A DNA stretch of 64,000 nucleotides, taken from NCBI GenBank assembly GCA_963662275.1, contig OY759316.1:2624001-2688000 (forward strand), given 5' to 3'. This document shows positions 50,188 through 60,455 of the stretch, in pieces (within the stretch, counting starts at the first letter, position 1; the number at the start of each line of letters is the position of its first letter). The stretch comes from Candidatus Cloacimonadales bacterium. Its GTDB lineage: Bacteria > Cloacimonadota > Cloacimonadia > Cloacimonadales > DAONDQ01. The notes below the pieces were generated by a model. That model made no database searches. It saw nothing but the letters and a program-made list of their open reading frames with translations, and was not told the origin of the DNA. A program made the position numbers and the translations under genes.

Positions 50188-50234
50188 TTCTATTCCTCTA
50201 CATCCTGTAATCTTTTTATATTCTTCTGCTCTGT

Positions 50235-50269
50235 CACCTAGCACCTAGCACCTAGAACCTAGAACCTGG
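50235..50269. repeat. Heptamer tandem repeat
   Basis: CACCTAG x3, AACCTAG, AACCTGG. Confidence 0.8.
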
Positions 50270-50351
50270 TGAAAAAGTGCAAGAGAAAAAATGATTGGAG
50301 CGCTGATTTCTTATCGGCGTACGGGGCGTATTCTTTACGACCCTCTCACAC

Positions 50352-51005
50352 CGTTCCGAATCTCGGACAGATTATAATTGCTATCATCTGCAGACATGGT
50401 TGCAACAGGCTAAATTAGTTGCAAAAACTAAGAAGCCAAAACCCTACAACCGCGAAAAACTCTTAGAAATAGCAAAGAATCTGAATAAATATACAATCAT
50501 GCATTTTGGTGTTAAAGAGTATATAAAGGATTTGGAAGATGCAGGGGTAATCTTCTTTGTCCTAACCCATCTGCCACAGACCTACCTGGATGGGGCAAGC
50601 TTCAAAATAAAAGATAATCCGGTCATCGTTTTCACATCCAGGTTTACAAGGCTGGACCACTTCTGGTTTATTAATGCCCATGAGATAGCCCATGTCTTGA
50701 ATCACTTATCTGATGATAAGGAATTCATCGATGATGAAACCAATTACAATGATACAAAAGACAATTGTGAAGTGGAAGCAAATTACCTATCCTCGACTTA
50801 TCTTCATACAGATAAAGTGGACGAGTGGTTTAAGGATAGGATGATCAGTAAAGAATCGATTTCCGCATATGCTTATGAAAATCAGATTAGCACTTCCATC
50901 GTAGTCGGCAGGCTCAGACATCTCAAACTCATTGAATATAAAGCCTATCCTATGTTTAACGAATCAATTGATGAAGTTACATTGAAGGAATATTGGATGG
51001 GATGA
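50352..51005 (+). pseudogene. 5'-truncated HigA/IrrE(ImmA)-type metallopeptidase
   Basis: LDGA, R..RLDHFWF..AHEIAH, EVEAN, IVVGRL; frame runs back to a stop at 50304 with no HTH domain, ATG or RBS. Confidence 0.7.
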
Positions 51006-51076
51006 AGATATTGACGGAAAAAGCAAATGATCTTATAGAGTAATTACTATTATTTTCTTAATATAAAGGAGAATAA

Positions 51077-52897
51077 ATGAAAACAATTAGCTTTGATAGA
51101 TTTTTGAAATACATGGAAGAACAAAAGAAATATCCAGAAAAGAGATTTTGTTTTATTTTAGGTGCAGGAGCTTCTAAGCAGTCTGGAATACCAACTGGAA
51201 GTGAATTAGCTAAAAGATGGTTTGAAGAAATCAAGAATATTTCTAATAAGGAAGAATTTGAAATATGGCTAAATACCTCGAAAATAAATGAAGAAAATCT
51301 ATCCGATCATTACACAGAAATTTATAAAGAACGTTTTATTGTTGATAAATTTCAAGGTTATCAAGTTCTTCAACAAATGATGGAAGGTATTAATCCCAGT
51401 TGTGGATACGCTATTTTATCTCAGATCCTTGTTTCATCCCAACATAACACTGTAATTACCACCAATTTTGATTCATTAACAGAAGACGCCCTGTTCATTT
51501 ATACACAAAAAAAACCATTGGTCATAGGACATGAGTTGTTATCTGACTTTGCTTCACCCTTTATTTCAAGACCGCTTATCATCAAAATTCATAGAGATTT
51601 ATATCTTGCTCCCCAAAACACTTCAGAAGAAACGGATTCATTAAATCCTGAACTAGGGACAGCTCTGTCTTATATTTTTAAATACTATACACCAATTATT
51701 ATTGGTTATGGTGGTAATGATGGAAGCTTAATGGGACTTATGGAAAATATCGAATTAAATAATAGATTATTTTGGCTTCAATACCAGCGTGATACAGATC
51801 ACACATCATTATCAGATAGAATTACCGGTTTAATGGAGAAACATAATGGTACTCTAATTAAAACAGGTGGCTTCGATGAAATTATGATTCAAATGGGTAG
51901 TATTTTTGACATTAATTACAACTCATTCGGCAAAGAAATATGTAAAATAGCGAATCAAAGGGCTGAAATCTTTGAAAAACAAATTAGAGATATTATCCTA
52001 AACAGCGAAACAGATAATGACGTTAAAGATGCATTGAGTGAAGGTTTTTCTAAAGGGGAAGAAAGTGCATTGAGTTTTCTTATCCGTTCTGAAAGAGAAC
52101 CTAATCTTGAAATTAAAGCTAATATTGTTGCTGATGGATTAAAAGAGTATCCTAGTAATTTAGAACTCATAGAAGCTTATGCAAAAGTACTAACTGAATT
52201 AAACGATTTGGATAAAGCTAATCAATATTATCAAAAAACCATCGACATTGATTCGAAAAACTCAGAGAGATATAATACATATGCCAAATTTTTGAAAAAT
52301 ATTTACAATGATCCTGATGCTGCTGAGCAAAATTATCTCAAAGCTATTAAAATCGATTCAGAGAACTCCGTCCTGTATAATTCATATGGCATATTTCTTA
52401 AAGAGTTTCATAAAGACTTTCATAAGGCAGAACAAAATTATCTCAAAGCCATTGAAGTAAATCCAAAAGATACAGCACCATACAATAATTATGCAAATCT
52501 GCTATGTGATTTCAGCACTGAATATGAAAAATCTGAAGCATATTATAGAAAAGGAATTGCATTGAATAAAAAGAAAGCTGGTATTTATGGGAATTACGCC
52601 AAGTTGCTTATAATACAAAAAAGATTTCATGAAGCGTTAGAAAATATTAATAAATCAATGGAATTAAATAAGAACCGAAAGAGAATTCCACTTGAAATCG
52701 AACTGTGGTTCTATAGATACGCAATTTTTTATAAAGACTACCCTGAATCTAAAGAGATGATTGCTAGTTATTTAAAACTAGGGTATAAATCATTAAGGTG
52801 GGATCTGAGTAAAATCGTTGAAATAGCAGAGGAAATTGGACATCCTGATATTGAGCAAGTGAAGGATTTTGCGAAGCAGATTACGGAAGTAGTTTAA
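51077..52897 (+). CDS. SIR2-domain protein with C-terminal TPRs (candidate NADase defence protein)
   Basis: ILGAGAS..SG, TTNFD, KIH, IGYGG.D; several TPRs; AAGGAG RBS. Confidence 0.88.
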   Translation: MKTISFDRFLKYMEEQKKYPEKRFCFILGAGASKQSGIPTGSELAKRWFEEIKNISNKEEFEIWLNTSKINEENLSDHYTEIYKERFIVDKFQGYQVLQQMMEGINPSCGYAILSQILVSSQHNTVITTNFDSLTEDALFIYTQKKPLVIGHELLSDFASPFISRPLIIKIHRDLYLAPQNTSEETDSLNPELGTALSYIFKYYTPIIIGYGGNDGSLMGLMENIELNNRLFWLQYQRDTDHTSLSDRITGLMEKHNGTLIKTGGFDEIMIQMGSIFDINYNSFGKEICKIANQRAEIFEKQIRDIILNSETDNDVKDALSEGFSKGEESALSFLIRSEREPNLEIKANIVADGLKEYPSNLELIEAYAKVLTELNDLDKANQYYQKTIDIDSKNSERYNTYAKFLKNIYNDPDAAEQNYLKAIKIDSENSVLYNSYGIFLKEFHKDFHKAEQNYLKAIEVNPKDTAPYNNYANLLCDFSTEYEKSEAYYRKGIALNKKKAGIYGNYAKLLIIQKRFHEALENINKSMELNKNRKRIPLEIELWFYRYAIFYKDYPESKEMIASYLKLGYKSLRWDLSKIVEIAEEIGHPDIEQVKDFAKQITEVV

Positions 52898-52937
52898 TAT
52901 ACGCAGTTTCCGGCTTAACAAACCGTGGTACGATGCA

Positions 52938-52965
52938 GAGGATAGACACATGGGTCTATCCCTAC
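52938..52965 (-). repeat. GTAG REP-like unit (copy 2)
   Basis: Identical to 17128-17155. Confidence 0.85.
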
Positions 52966-53139
52966 AATCAGACTATTTTGTCCCATGTTTCATAGATTGT
53001 TCCTGAAATCTATGAAGATTAATTTTGACGACTAACAGGTTTCAACGCAGAATATTGGTGAAGTGTTTCGAAAGATATCTTAGCTGATTGTAGACTCTGT
53101 GCTTTATAAAAGAAAACCCACTTGATAGCCACTTAGATT

Positions 53140-53205
53140 AGTACCGCAACACCACCGCTACATCACCGCAGCACTACCGCAGGAGAACCGCTCCTATGAG
53201 CGGTT
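53140..53205. repeat. Degenerate 11-bp tandem repeats with ACCGC core, then inverted GCGGT
   Basis: AGTACCGCAAC ACCACCGCTAC ATCACCGCAGC ACTACCGCAGG AGAACCGCTCC ...GAGCGGTT. Confidence 0.7.
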
Positions 53206-53340
53206 GTATTGTGTTAAAGTAGCGTTAGTTTTGCGTTCGTATTATCCTGATTTTAAAGGAGTGCTTAAAGTGGGTGTAGCAGTCAGTTCATTTCGATACA
53301 CTATTATTTTGGTAGAGATAAGTGATGTGAATCAGAAAGA

Positions 53341-53600
53341 GACCCCCCTACCCCCCTTCCCAAGGGGGGAGCTTCTACAACCTATTCCCTACTCCCTACT
53401 CCCTACTCCCTATTCCCTATTCCCTATTCCCTATATTCGGTGCATCTCGATACTATGACTCGCATTTCGACTTCGCTCAATGACCGAGTAATTACTTGAT
53501 GACAGGTTCTTCCCTGTACCCTGTACCCTGTACCCTGTACCCTGTACGCTATACGCTGTATGCTTCACTAGCCCCTGGCACCTAACAACTGGCTACTGGT
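53341..53600. repeat. Mosaic of repeats
   Basis: 38-bp element, CCTA(C/T)TC x7-8 (53381-53434), nested hairpin (53443-53503), CCCTGTA x5 (53512-53546), further degenerate heptamers. Confidence 0.85.
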
Positions 53601-53611
53601 ATTTTTTTTAT

Positions 53612-53640
53612 TTGACAAATTAAAATAATAATAATATAAA
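53612..53640 (+). promoter_or_regulatory. Putative sigma70 promoter of creD
   Basis: TTGACA-17 nt-TATAAA. Confidence 0.55.
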
Positions 53641-53683
53641 TGATTTATATACTCGAATTAATACAATATATGGGAGGGATCAC

Positions 53684-55084
53684 ATGAATGAACTTCTTCA
53701 AAAAGCACCAAAAATACCAACAAGTGTCCATTCTATGGTAAAATTATTCATAATCGGCTTTATTATTCTCGTACTTCTAATTCCTGTATTCTGGATCAGG
53801 ACAGTGATCAGTGAAAGAAACCTTCGGAAAACAAGCGTCCAAAATGAAATTGCCAGTAAATGGGGTACTGCTCAATACTTAATAGGTCCATTTATCAGTG
53901 TTCCTTATCACAAGATCGTTACAAGTAAAGATAGTTCAGGAAATGAAACGCAGAAGCTTCAGAAGGAATATTTGCAAATATCACCGGAAACGATGGAAGC
54001 CACAGGTAAAATTCAGGCTGATAAGCATCACCGGGGAATATTTAGTGTAATTGGCTATAAAGCTGATTTAGAGATATTAGCGACAGTTCCGACAATGATT
54101 GATCCCAAAGTTATTCCAGCCCATATCAAACTGGAATGGAATGATGCCATTATTACCTTCGGTTTAGCTGATCAGCATGGTCTTAGGAAGCTGGATGGAA
54201 CAGTCAATGGACTTCCCCTGAAATTCGAAAATAACGAAAATACTTTTTCTGTTATTACGGTAGACACTTCAATAAAATCACAATGGAAACCAAACTGGAA
54301 TGAAGATAATATCGATAAAAATGTGAATACAAAACTGAGTTTTGCAGCTAAAACACCATTGATGGTTAAAACGGGAAAAGAGAAAATCAAGCTGCATATC
54401 ATTTTCACCGGTACCGAAAAGATATCCTTCCTGACTTCAGCATTGCAGGAAAGTGTGCATCTAATTGGTGATTGGAATTCACCCAGCTTCATAGGTAATA
54501 TGCTTCCTGAATCAAAAACAGTCAATAATAAAGGGTTTGATTCAATATGGCGTTCAAATTATCTATCCTCAGGAAATAAAACTTTCTGGACAAGTGAAAA
54601 CCAGAATCAGAACTTCTCCCATTTAGGTGTGATGTTCCTAATCCCTGTTGATTCATACCAGCAGACCACCCGTACCTTAAAATATTCGATTCTCTTCTTA
54701 TTGCTGACTTTTATGACTTTCTTCTTTGCGGAAACAGTAACTAAACAACGTATTCATCCAGTCCAATACATCATGGTCGGCTGTTCGCTAGTGCTTTTCT
54801 ATCTCCTCCTTCTCTCTATTTCAGAACATATCGCTTTCGGATGGTCATATCTCATTGCTGCTGCTGCAGTAGTATTGCAGGTCAGCCTGTATTGTGCTTC
54901 AATCCTGAAAACGGGTAAGTTTGCTTTTAGAATTGGTAGTCTATTATCAGGATTATATTTGTACCTTTATGTTCTCCTCAGGTTGGAGGATAATGCATTG
55001 CTGATTGGGAGCATCAGTCTTTTCGTATTGTTGGGAATCGCCATGTATGCAATACGGAATGTAAATTGGTATGGGCAGGAATGA
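53684..55084 (+). CDS. creD: Inner membrane protein CreD
   Basis: ISER, GPFI.VPY, RGIF, W.SPSF.G..LP, PVD.YQ...R.LKY, IHPVQY, LLSISEHI. Confidence 0.93.
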   Translation: MNELLQKAPKIPTSVHSMVKLFIIGFIILVLLIPVFWIRTVISERNLRKTSVQNEIASKWGTAQYLIGPFISVPYHKIVTSKDSSGNETQKLQKEYLQISPETMEATGKIQADKHHRGIFSVIGYKADLEILATVPTMIDPKVIPAHIKLEWNDAIITFGLADQHGLRKLDGTVNGLPLKFENNENTFSVITVDTSIKSQWKPNWNEDNIDKNVNTKLSFAAKTPLMVKTGKEKIKLHIIFTGTEKISFLTSALQESVHLIGDWNSPSFIGNMLPESKTVNNKGFDSIWRSNYLSSGNKTFWTSENQNQNFSHLGVMFLIPVDSYQQTTRTLKYSILFLLLTFMTFFFAETVTKQRIHPVQYIMVGCSLVLFYLLLLSISEHIAFGWSYLIAAAAVVLQVSLYCASILKTGKFAFRIGSLLSGLYLYLYVLLRLEDNALLIGSISLFVLLGIAMYAIRNVNWYGQE

Positions 55085-55202
55085 ATTAAGAATAAAGAAT
55101 TAAAAATTATCAGAGAAGCATCGAAGCAGCGAATTTATTCGACAATATCAATGATGTTCAGTCTAATCGATAAATAAATATCATTTTTAGGAGTACAAGA
55201 CT

Positions 55203-55643
55203 ATGTTTACCAAAGAAGAAGTTATGATGGCTGCCCCTTGTGGTATAAGTTGTGGAGAATGTCCTGCTCATACTTGCAAGGATAATCCGGCGATAGCTGA
55301 GGCAATAAGGTCAAAGAGCGTTAATCCTGAACTTATTCCCTGCAATGGCTGCAGGACAAACAAAGGAATATGCGCATTCCATGAAGGACAATGTGCAACT
55401 TATGATTGTGTTCAGCAGCATAAAGTTACTTTCTGTTTTGAATGCAATGATTACCCCTGTTCAAAGCTCTATCCCAGTGTAGACAGGGCTGAAGTCTTAC
55501 CGCATAATATGAAAATGGTAAACCTGGCATTTATCCAGAATCATGGCATCCAAGCTTGGTTAAAACAATCAAAAGATATACAATTGCGGTATTATAAGGG
55601 TAAGATGGCGATTGGAAAAGGACCGCAGTTAATTAAGAATTAA
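55203..55643 (+). CDS. DUF3795-like Cys-rich protein
   Basis: APCGISCGECP, CNGCR, C..YDC, FCFEC.DYPC. Confidence 0.8.
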   Translation: MFTKEEVMMAAPCGISCGECPAHTCKDNPAIAEAIRSKSVNPELIPCNGCRTNKGICAFHEGQCATYDCVQQHKVTFCFECNDYPCSKLYPSVDRAEVLPHNMKMVNLAFIQNHGIQAWLKQSKDIQLRYYKGKMAIGKGPQLIKN

Positions 55644-55681
55644 GAATTAAAAAATAAAAATTGGCATAGCAGAGAAGACTG

Positions 55682-55724
55682 GTCATTGAGTGATTTCGAG
55701 CATGCGAGAAATTGTATCGAAATG
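55682..55724 (-). repeat. CATTTCGATAC...ACTCAATGAC hairpin repeat
   Basis: Same ends as the elements at 53443-53503 and 19010-19038. Confidence 0.65.
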
Positions 55725-55808
55725 AGCAGGACGGAGAGTCATTAAGAATTAACAAGAACTCAAATGCAGAAAGAGAGTTTCTGAATAATATTCATACAGG
55801 GAGAAATT

Positions 55809-56006
55809 ATGTCATGCAATAATCAGAAAGCTAACAGTGAAAAATGCAACTGCTCCTATCCTTGTACCAGGAAAGGGAATTGTTGTGAATGTATCCGCTA
55901 TCATCGTTCAGCAGGAGAATTACCTGCCTGTTATTTCAACACATCGTTTGAAAAAACATATGATCGCTCAATACAAAATTATGTGAAGCAAATAGATAAG
56001 CAATAA
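55809..56006 (+). CDS. Small Cys-rich protein (DUF6485-like)
   Basis: CNCSYPC.RKG.CCEC..YH...ELPACYF...EKTYDRS. Confidence 0.75.
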   Translation: MSCNNQKANSEKCNCSYPCTRKGNCCECIRYHRSAGELPACYFNTSFEKTYDRSIQNYVKQIDKQ

Positions 56007-56094
56007 TTAGATATAATATTGCTCATTTCCTGTATGTTAAGAGGGAAGATTTGACCATTAGATGAAACGTCCCCTACAGGCAACAAGCTTATGC

Positions 56095-56733
56095 TTATCT
56101 CTTTCCGTTCATCCTTAACAATTCCTTGTGCAGTGTTTGAATACTATCGTCGGAAAGTACTGAATCATTATTTTCTTCCGCTTTTGAATCAAGTTTTAAA
56201 CCGATTTCCAGGTTTTGAAGAGCTAGTTTGTATTTTTTTAATTGATATTGAGTTTTTGCCAGCCAAATATAAGCATCGTAATGCTCCGGATTGGTATCGA
56301 CAGCTTTCTGTAATGCGATCTCAGCTTCTTTATAATTTTTCTGCATATAATATGAAGTACCTTTGTGACGCCAGGGACATGACCAATCCGGTATACTATC
56401 ATTCAGTTGCTGATAAAGAACTATGGCATCTGCATATTTTTCACGGCTCAATAAGAGATTGGCATATTGAAATTTAGTACCGGCATCGAATGAGTTAACT
56501 GAAGCAGATATTATCGAGATTAATCGATCAGACTCATAACTTGCCATTGTAGCCATAAGAATTTTCGTAGCTTTTGAAGTAGAATCCTTTGCCAGTGTTT
56601 CATTACATGAATTCCAGGCATTCTGGAATGTTGTAGTTGTGGGATTACCAAAATAAAGCTGAATGGGATTGGCTACGGCAGCTAGCATATTGAATGCTAA
56701 TATGAAAAAAAAGATACTGATGATCATTCGCAT
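56095..56733 (-). CDS. Secreted TPR protein
   Basis: AAGGAG RBS, signal peptide, three TPR-like repeats. Confidence 0.75.
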   Translation of the reverse strand: MRMIISIFFFILAFNMLAAVANPIQLYFGNPTTTTFQNAWNSCNETLAKDSTSKATKILMATMASYESDRLISIISASVNSFDAGTKFQYANLLLSREKYADAIVLYQQLNDSIPDWSCPWRHKGTSYYMQKNYKEAEIALQKAVDTNPEHYDAYIWLAKTQYQLKKYKLALQNLEIGLKLDSKAEENNDSVLSDDSIQTLHKELLRMNGKR

Positions 56734-56927
56734 ATTAAGACTCCTTATGGTGATTACTCTCATGTTAGTACAAATAATTCATGGATAATGAATTTGGCAA
56801 CAAGATTATTGAAGAAAGTGCCAAGTTCGATAAAAAAATATTGACTGAATCTAATTGCTTCAGGTTAATACAAACGAATAATAGAAAATATTGCTATAAT
56901 GAAAGATATAGATTAAGAAGAGGAATC

Positions 56928-59900
56928 ATGGAAAAAAAGCATTTGGATTTTTATCAGAACCTTTTTGATTATGCTACAATTTCCCTTATTGTTGTAGATT
57001 CCAATACATGTAAAATCGTTGACATTAATAAATCAGCTTGTCTTTTCTATGGCTATGCTAAGAAGGAAATAGTAGGACTTCAAATCCAAGATATTGAAAG
57101 TATGTCAGATTGCGGATTTTCTTCTGAGCAAATGAAGTCAGGTACTACTTACATGAAATATCATAAACAGAAAGATGGGACATTGATTCCAGTTGAGATA
57201 ATCGTTTCAATCATAAAATATGGAGAAGCTAGTTATAGAATCTATACCGTGAAATCTGTGAAAGACATATTAGAAATGAATGATTCATATAATCGATCGC
57301 TTTTTGAAGAATCACCAGTATCCTTATGGGTTGAAGATTTTTCAGGAGTAGTTGAATATTTGAATAATTTAAAAAAAAAAGACATCAAAGATTTTCCATT
57401 ATACTTGGATCAACATCCGGAAGTTTTTGTTGAATGTATCAGTTTACTCCGTATCGTTGATGTAAACCAGGCAACTCTAAAAATGTATCTTGCTTCCAGT
57501 ATTAAGGATTTGATAGATAATCTGCATATCGTCATGCAGGAAGATGCTATATTTCAAGTCAAGCAAACCTTAATTGCTCTCTATGAAGAACAAACGCAAT
57601 TTAATCAAGAGGGTACTAATTATCGTTTGAATGGTGAAAGAATGGATGTTGCTATGTCTTGGATGATCTCCAGTAATAGCATGGAAGCTTATAAAAATGT
57701 GATTGTCTCGTTTCTTGATCTAACTGAGATAAAGAAAGTTCAAGCTGACCTGGCAGAAAGTGAGCAGCTCTTTAAGGGTGTATTTCAGCAATCATCTGAA
57801 GGTATTGAGATTGTGGATTGTGAAGGTCATATTATTGAATGGAATACAGCTCTGGAAAGATTAACCGGTGCCATGCGATCGGAATGTCTGGGTAAGATTT
57901 TCTGGAAGGTGGAACAGCAGATTTCTTCTTCCGATCAAACGGTTCAAGATTACATCGAAGAACGTGGTCGTGGATTCTTAGAGGTGCTGAATAATTCCGA
58001 TGAATATGAGATTCCAAAAACTTGGGAATATATATGGATAACTCGAGATGCCCAACAAAGATATATCCATATTGCTACTTTCCAGATTAATACAAAACGC
58101 GGTCGCATGCTGGTTTTCCTTTTTAATGATATTTCAGCTTCCAAGCGATCACAATTGTTAACTACAACCATATTGGAAATCACAAAAGCGGTCAATTCGA
58201 CTCCTAACCTGATCGAACTATTCAGATCGATACACCAATCCCTATCAAAACTCATAAATGTGGACAACTTCTATATTGCCTATTGTAATCCGGAACAGAA
58301 AATCATTACCCTTCCATACTATGTTGATGAAAATGACAATGATTCCAGCCCGATTGAAGCTGATAATAGATTTTCTCTTACAGCCCGGGTCATTGCAGCA
58401 GGTGAACCGATGTTATTCAGTCAGGAGGAAATGGAAGAACAAAGGATGAATGGCGGAAGTATCGGCAGCTACTCCAAGGTCTGGGTAGGTGTTCCCCTGA
58501 AGATAGATCAAAAAGTAATCGGCGCAGTTGTCGTACAAAGCTATCATAATCCTCATCAATATAATTTGAATGATATGAGACTCCTGGAATCAGTTTCAGA
58601 GCAGATGGCTATTGCTATACAAAAGAAAAAAGTAGAAGAAGAAATCAATATTCTCGCACAGGGAATCGAGCAATCCGCAGAAGGCGTTGTGATTATGAAT
58701 ACAATGGGTCAAATACAATATCTGAATTCAAGTTATGAGATAATGAGTGGTTATAATCGTGAGGAATTGATCGGTAAATATATTATGGAAGTACCAACTG
58801 CTATGAAACCAATGGATAAAGATGGTTCTTTTTGGGATACCGTTGTACGTGGTGAGATGTGGAAAGGAAAGATCAGTAATATTCATAAACTAGGTAAAAT
58901 ATATACAATGGATGTCATGGTATCCCCGATTATGAATACTGAAGGAACGGTCATATCCCTGGTTGCCGGTTGTCATGATATAACTCTTGACCTTGAACGG
59001 GAACAGAGAATGCGCCAAATGCAAAAAATGGAATCATTAGGTACATTTGCTGGTGGTATCGCTCACGATTTCAATAATATTCTTAGTGCCATCATCGGTT
59101 ATACAGAACTTGCTTTGGAAGATATTTCCGATAATTCCTTGCCTGCAAGTAACCTGACAGAAGTTCTTCATTCTGCAAATAGAGCCAAAGAAATTATTCA
59201 TCAAATTCTCGGATTCAGTCGTAAAGAAGATTCAAAACCATGTATCACATCTCTCCAAGCGACAGTAAAAGAAGCTATAAAATTATTAAAGGCAATCATT
59301 CCTAAAACAATTACTATCCGTGAAACATATAGTAATTGTGATGATCAAATTATGGCTGTTCCTGGTCAGATTCACCAAATCATCATGAATCTAGGGACAA
59401 ATGCAGCTCATAGTATGAAAAACAAAAGCGGCATAATCAATGTTGAAATACAATCATGGGATTTAGGAAAGGACATCAGCATAACATATCCGGAATTGGC
59501 TTCTCCACATTGCTATGCTCTAACCTTCAGTGACACAGGACATGGAATCCCCCATGAATTGACAGAGAAGATTTTTGATCCATATTTCACAACAAAACCA
59601 CCGAGTGAAGGCAATGGACTAGGTTTATCGATAGTCAACAATATTATGCGTTCTCATTCAGGTTCTGTACGCGTTGATAGCAAAGAAGGAAAGGGAACAA
59701 CCTTCACTTTGCTATTTCCCAGGTTGGAAGACAGTTTGATTTCTGATATCCCTATTGCCCAGGACCAGGAAGTACGGGGAACAGAAAGAATCCTCTTTGT
59801 CGATGATGAAGCATATCTCGTGAATATTGCTGAGCAATATCTAGCACGACAAGGTTATCAGGTAACAGGTTATACAGATAGCATGGAAGCATGGGATGAT

Positions 59901-60158
59901 TTTGTTACACATCCGGAAGCATATGATCTGATTATTTCTGATACATCAATGCCAAGTCTTACCGGAATAGAATTATCTAGAAAAGCAATCCAATTACGCT
60001 CGGATATTCGAATTGTTCTAGTGACCGGATTTTCTAATATCGTCTCTGCTGATCAGGCAAAAGAAATTGGAGTCAGTGGTTTTCTTCTGAAACCATATAA
60101 AAATAGGGAACTAGCTGAAACGATCAGGACAACCTTGGACGGAAAAGTTCAACAATAA
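56928..60158 (+). CDS. Cytoplasmic PAS-GAF hybrid histidine kinase with receiver domain
   Basis: Several PAS, GAF, AGGIAHDFNNIL, DTGHGI, FTTK..GNGLGL, LFVDDE...SD..MP..KP; start at the ATG after AGAGG. Confidence 0.92.
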   Translation: MEKKHLDFYQNLFDYATISLIVVDSNTCKIVDINKSACLFYGYAKKEIVGLQIQDIESMSDCGFSSEQMKSGTTYMKYHKQKDGTLIPVEIIVSIIKYGEASYRIYTVKSVKDILEMNDSYNRSLFEESPVSLWVEDFSGVVEYLNNLKKKDIKDFPLYLDQHPEVFVECISLLRIVDVNQATLKMYLASSIKDLIDNLHIVMQEDAIFQVKQTLIALYEEQTQFNQEGTNYRLNGERMDVAMSWMISSNSMEAYKNVIVSFLDLTEIKKVQADLAESEQLFKGVFQQSSEGIEIVDCEGHIIEWNTALERLTGAMRSECLGKIFWKVEQQISSSDQTVQDYIEERGRGFLEVLNNSDEYEIPKTWEYIWITRDAQQRYIHIATFQINTKRGRMLVFLFNDISASKRSQLLTTTILEITKAVNSTPNLIELFRSIHQSLSKLINVDNFYIAYCNPEQKIITLPYYVDENDNDSSPIEADNRFSLTARVIAAGEPMLFSQEEMEEQRMNGGSIGSYSKVWVGVPLKIDQKVIGAVVVQSYHNPHQYNLNDMRLLESVSEQMAIAIQKKKVEEEINILAQGIEQSAEGVVIMNTMGQIQYLNSSYEIMSGYNREELIGKYIMEVPTAMKPMDKDGSFWDTVVRGEMWKGKISNIHKLGKIYTMDVMVSPIMNTEGTVISLVAGCHDITLDLEREQRMRQMQKMESLGTFAGGIAHDFNNILSAIIGYTELALEDISDNSLPASNLTEVLHSANRAKEIIHQILGFSRKEDSKPCITSLQATVKEAIKLLKAIIPKTITIRETYSNCDDQIMAVPGQIHQIIMNLGTNAAHSMKNKSGIINVEIQSWDLGKDISITYPELASPHCYALTFSDTGHGIPHELTEKIFDPYFTTKPPSEGNGLGLSIVNNIMRSHSGSVRVDSKEGKGTTFTLLFPRLEDSLISDIPIAQDQEVRGTERILFVDDEAYLVNIAEQYLARQGYQVTGYTDSMEAWDDFVTHPEAYDLIISDTSMPSLTGIELSRKAIQLRSDIRIVLVTGFSNIVSADQAKEIGVSGFLLKPYKNRELAETIRTTLDGKVQQ

Positions 60159-60176
60159 AAAGGTAGGTTAAGTTCA

Positions 60177-60449
60177 ATGCGTATTGATTTATTATTATCT
60201 AAATTATGTCTGATTAAAACACGTTCGATCGCTAAAACTGCTGCGGATAAGGATTTAATCTCTCAAAATGGACATAAGGTAAAAGCCAGTGCAATTATCA
60301 GGATTGGTGATATTATCTCTTTTTCTCTTTCCGGCTATAAAACAATTGTGAAAATTATCTCCCTTCCAACGGGGAATGTGGCAAAAAAGAACGCTCCCGA
60401 ATATTATGAAATCCTTGAACGTTCTAAAATTGATGGAGATACTTTATAA
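60177..60449 (+). CDS. S4-domain RNA-binding protein (Hsp15/RqcP-like)
   Basis: MRID..L....LIKTRS.AK...NG...KAS....GD. Confidence 0.85.
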   Translation: MRIDLLLSKLCLIKTRSIAKTAADKDLISQNGHKVKASAIIRIGDIISFSLSGYKTIVKIISLPTGNVAKKNAPEYYEILERSKIDGDTL

Positions 60450-60455
60450 AACGTA

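Noticed and set aside
53204..53458. 84-aa ORF
   Set aside because: TTG start; the C-terminal half is translated repeat sequence.
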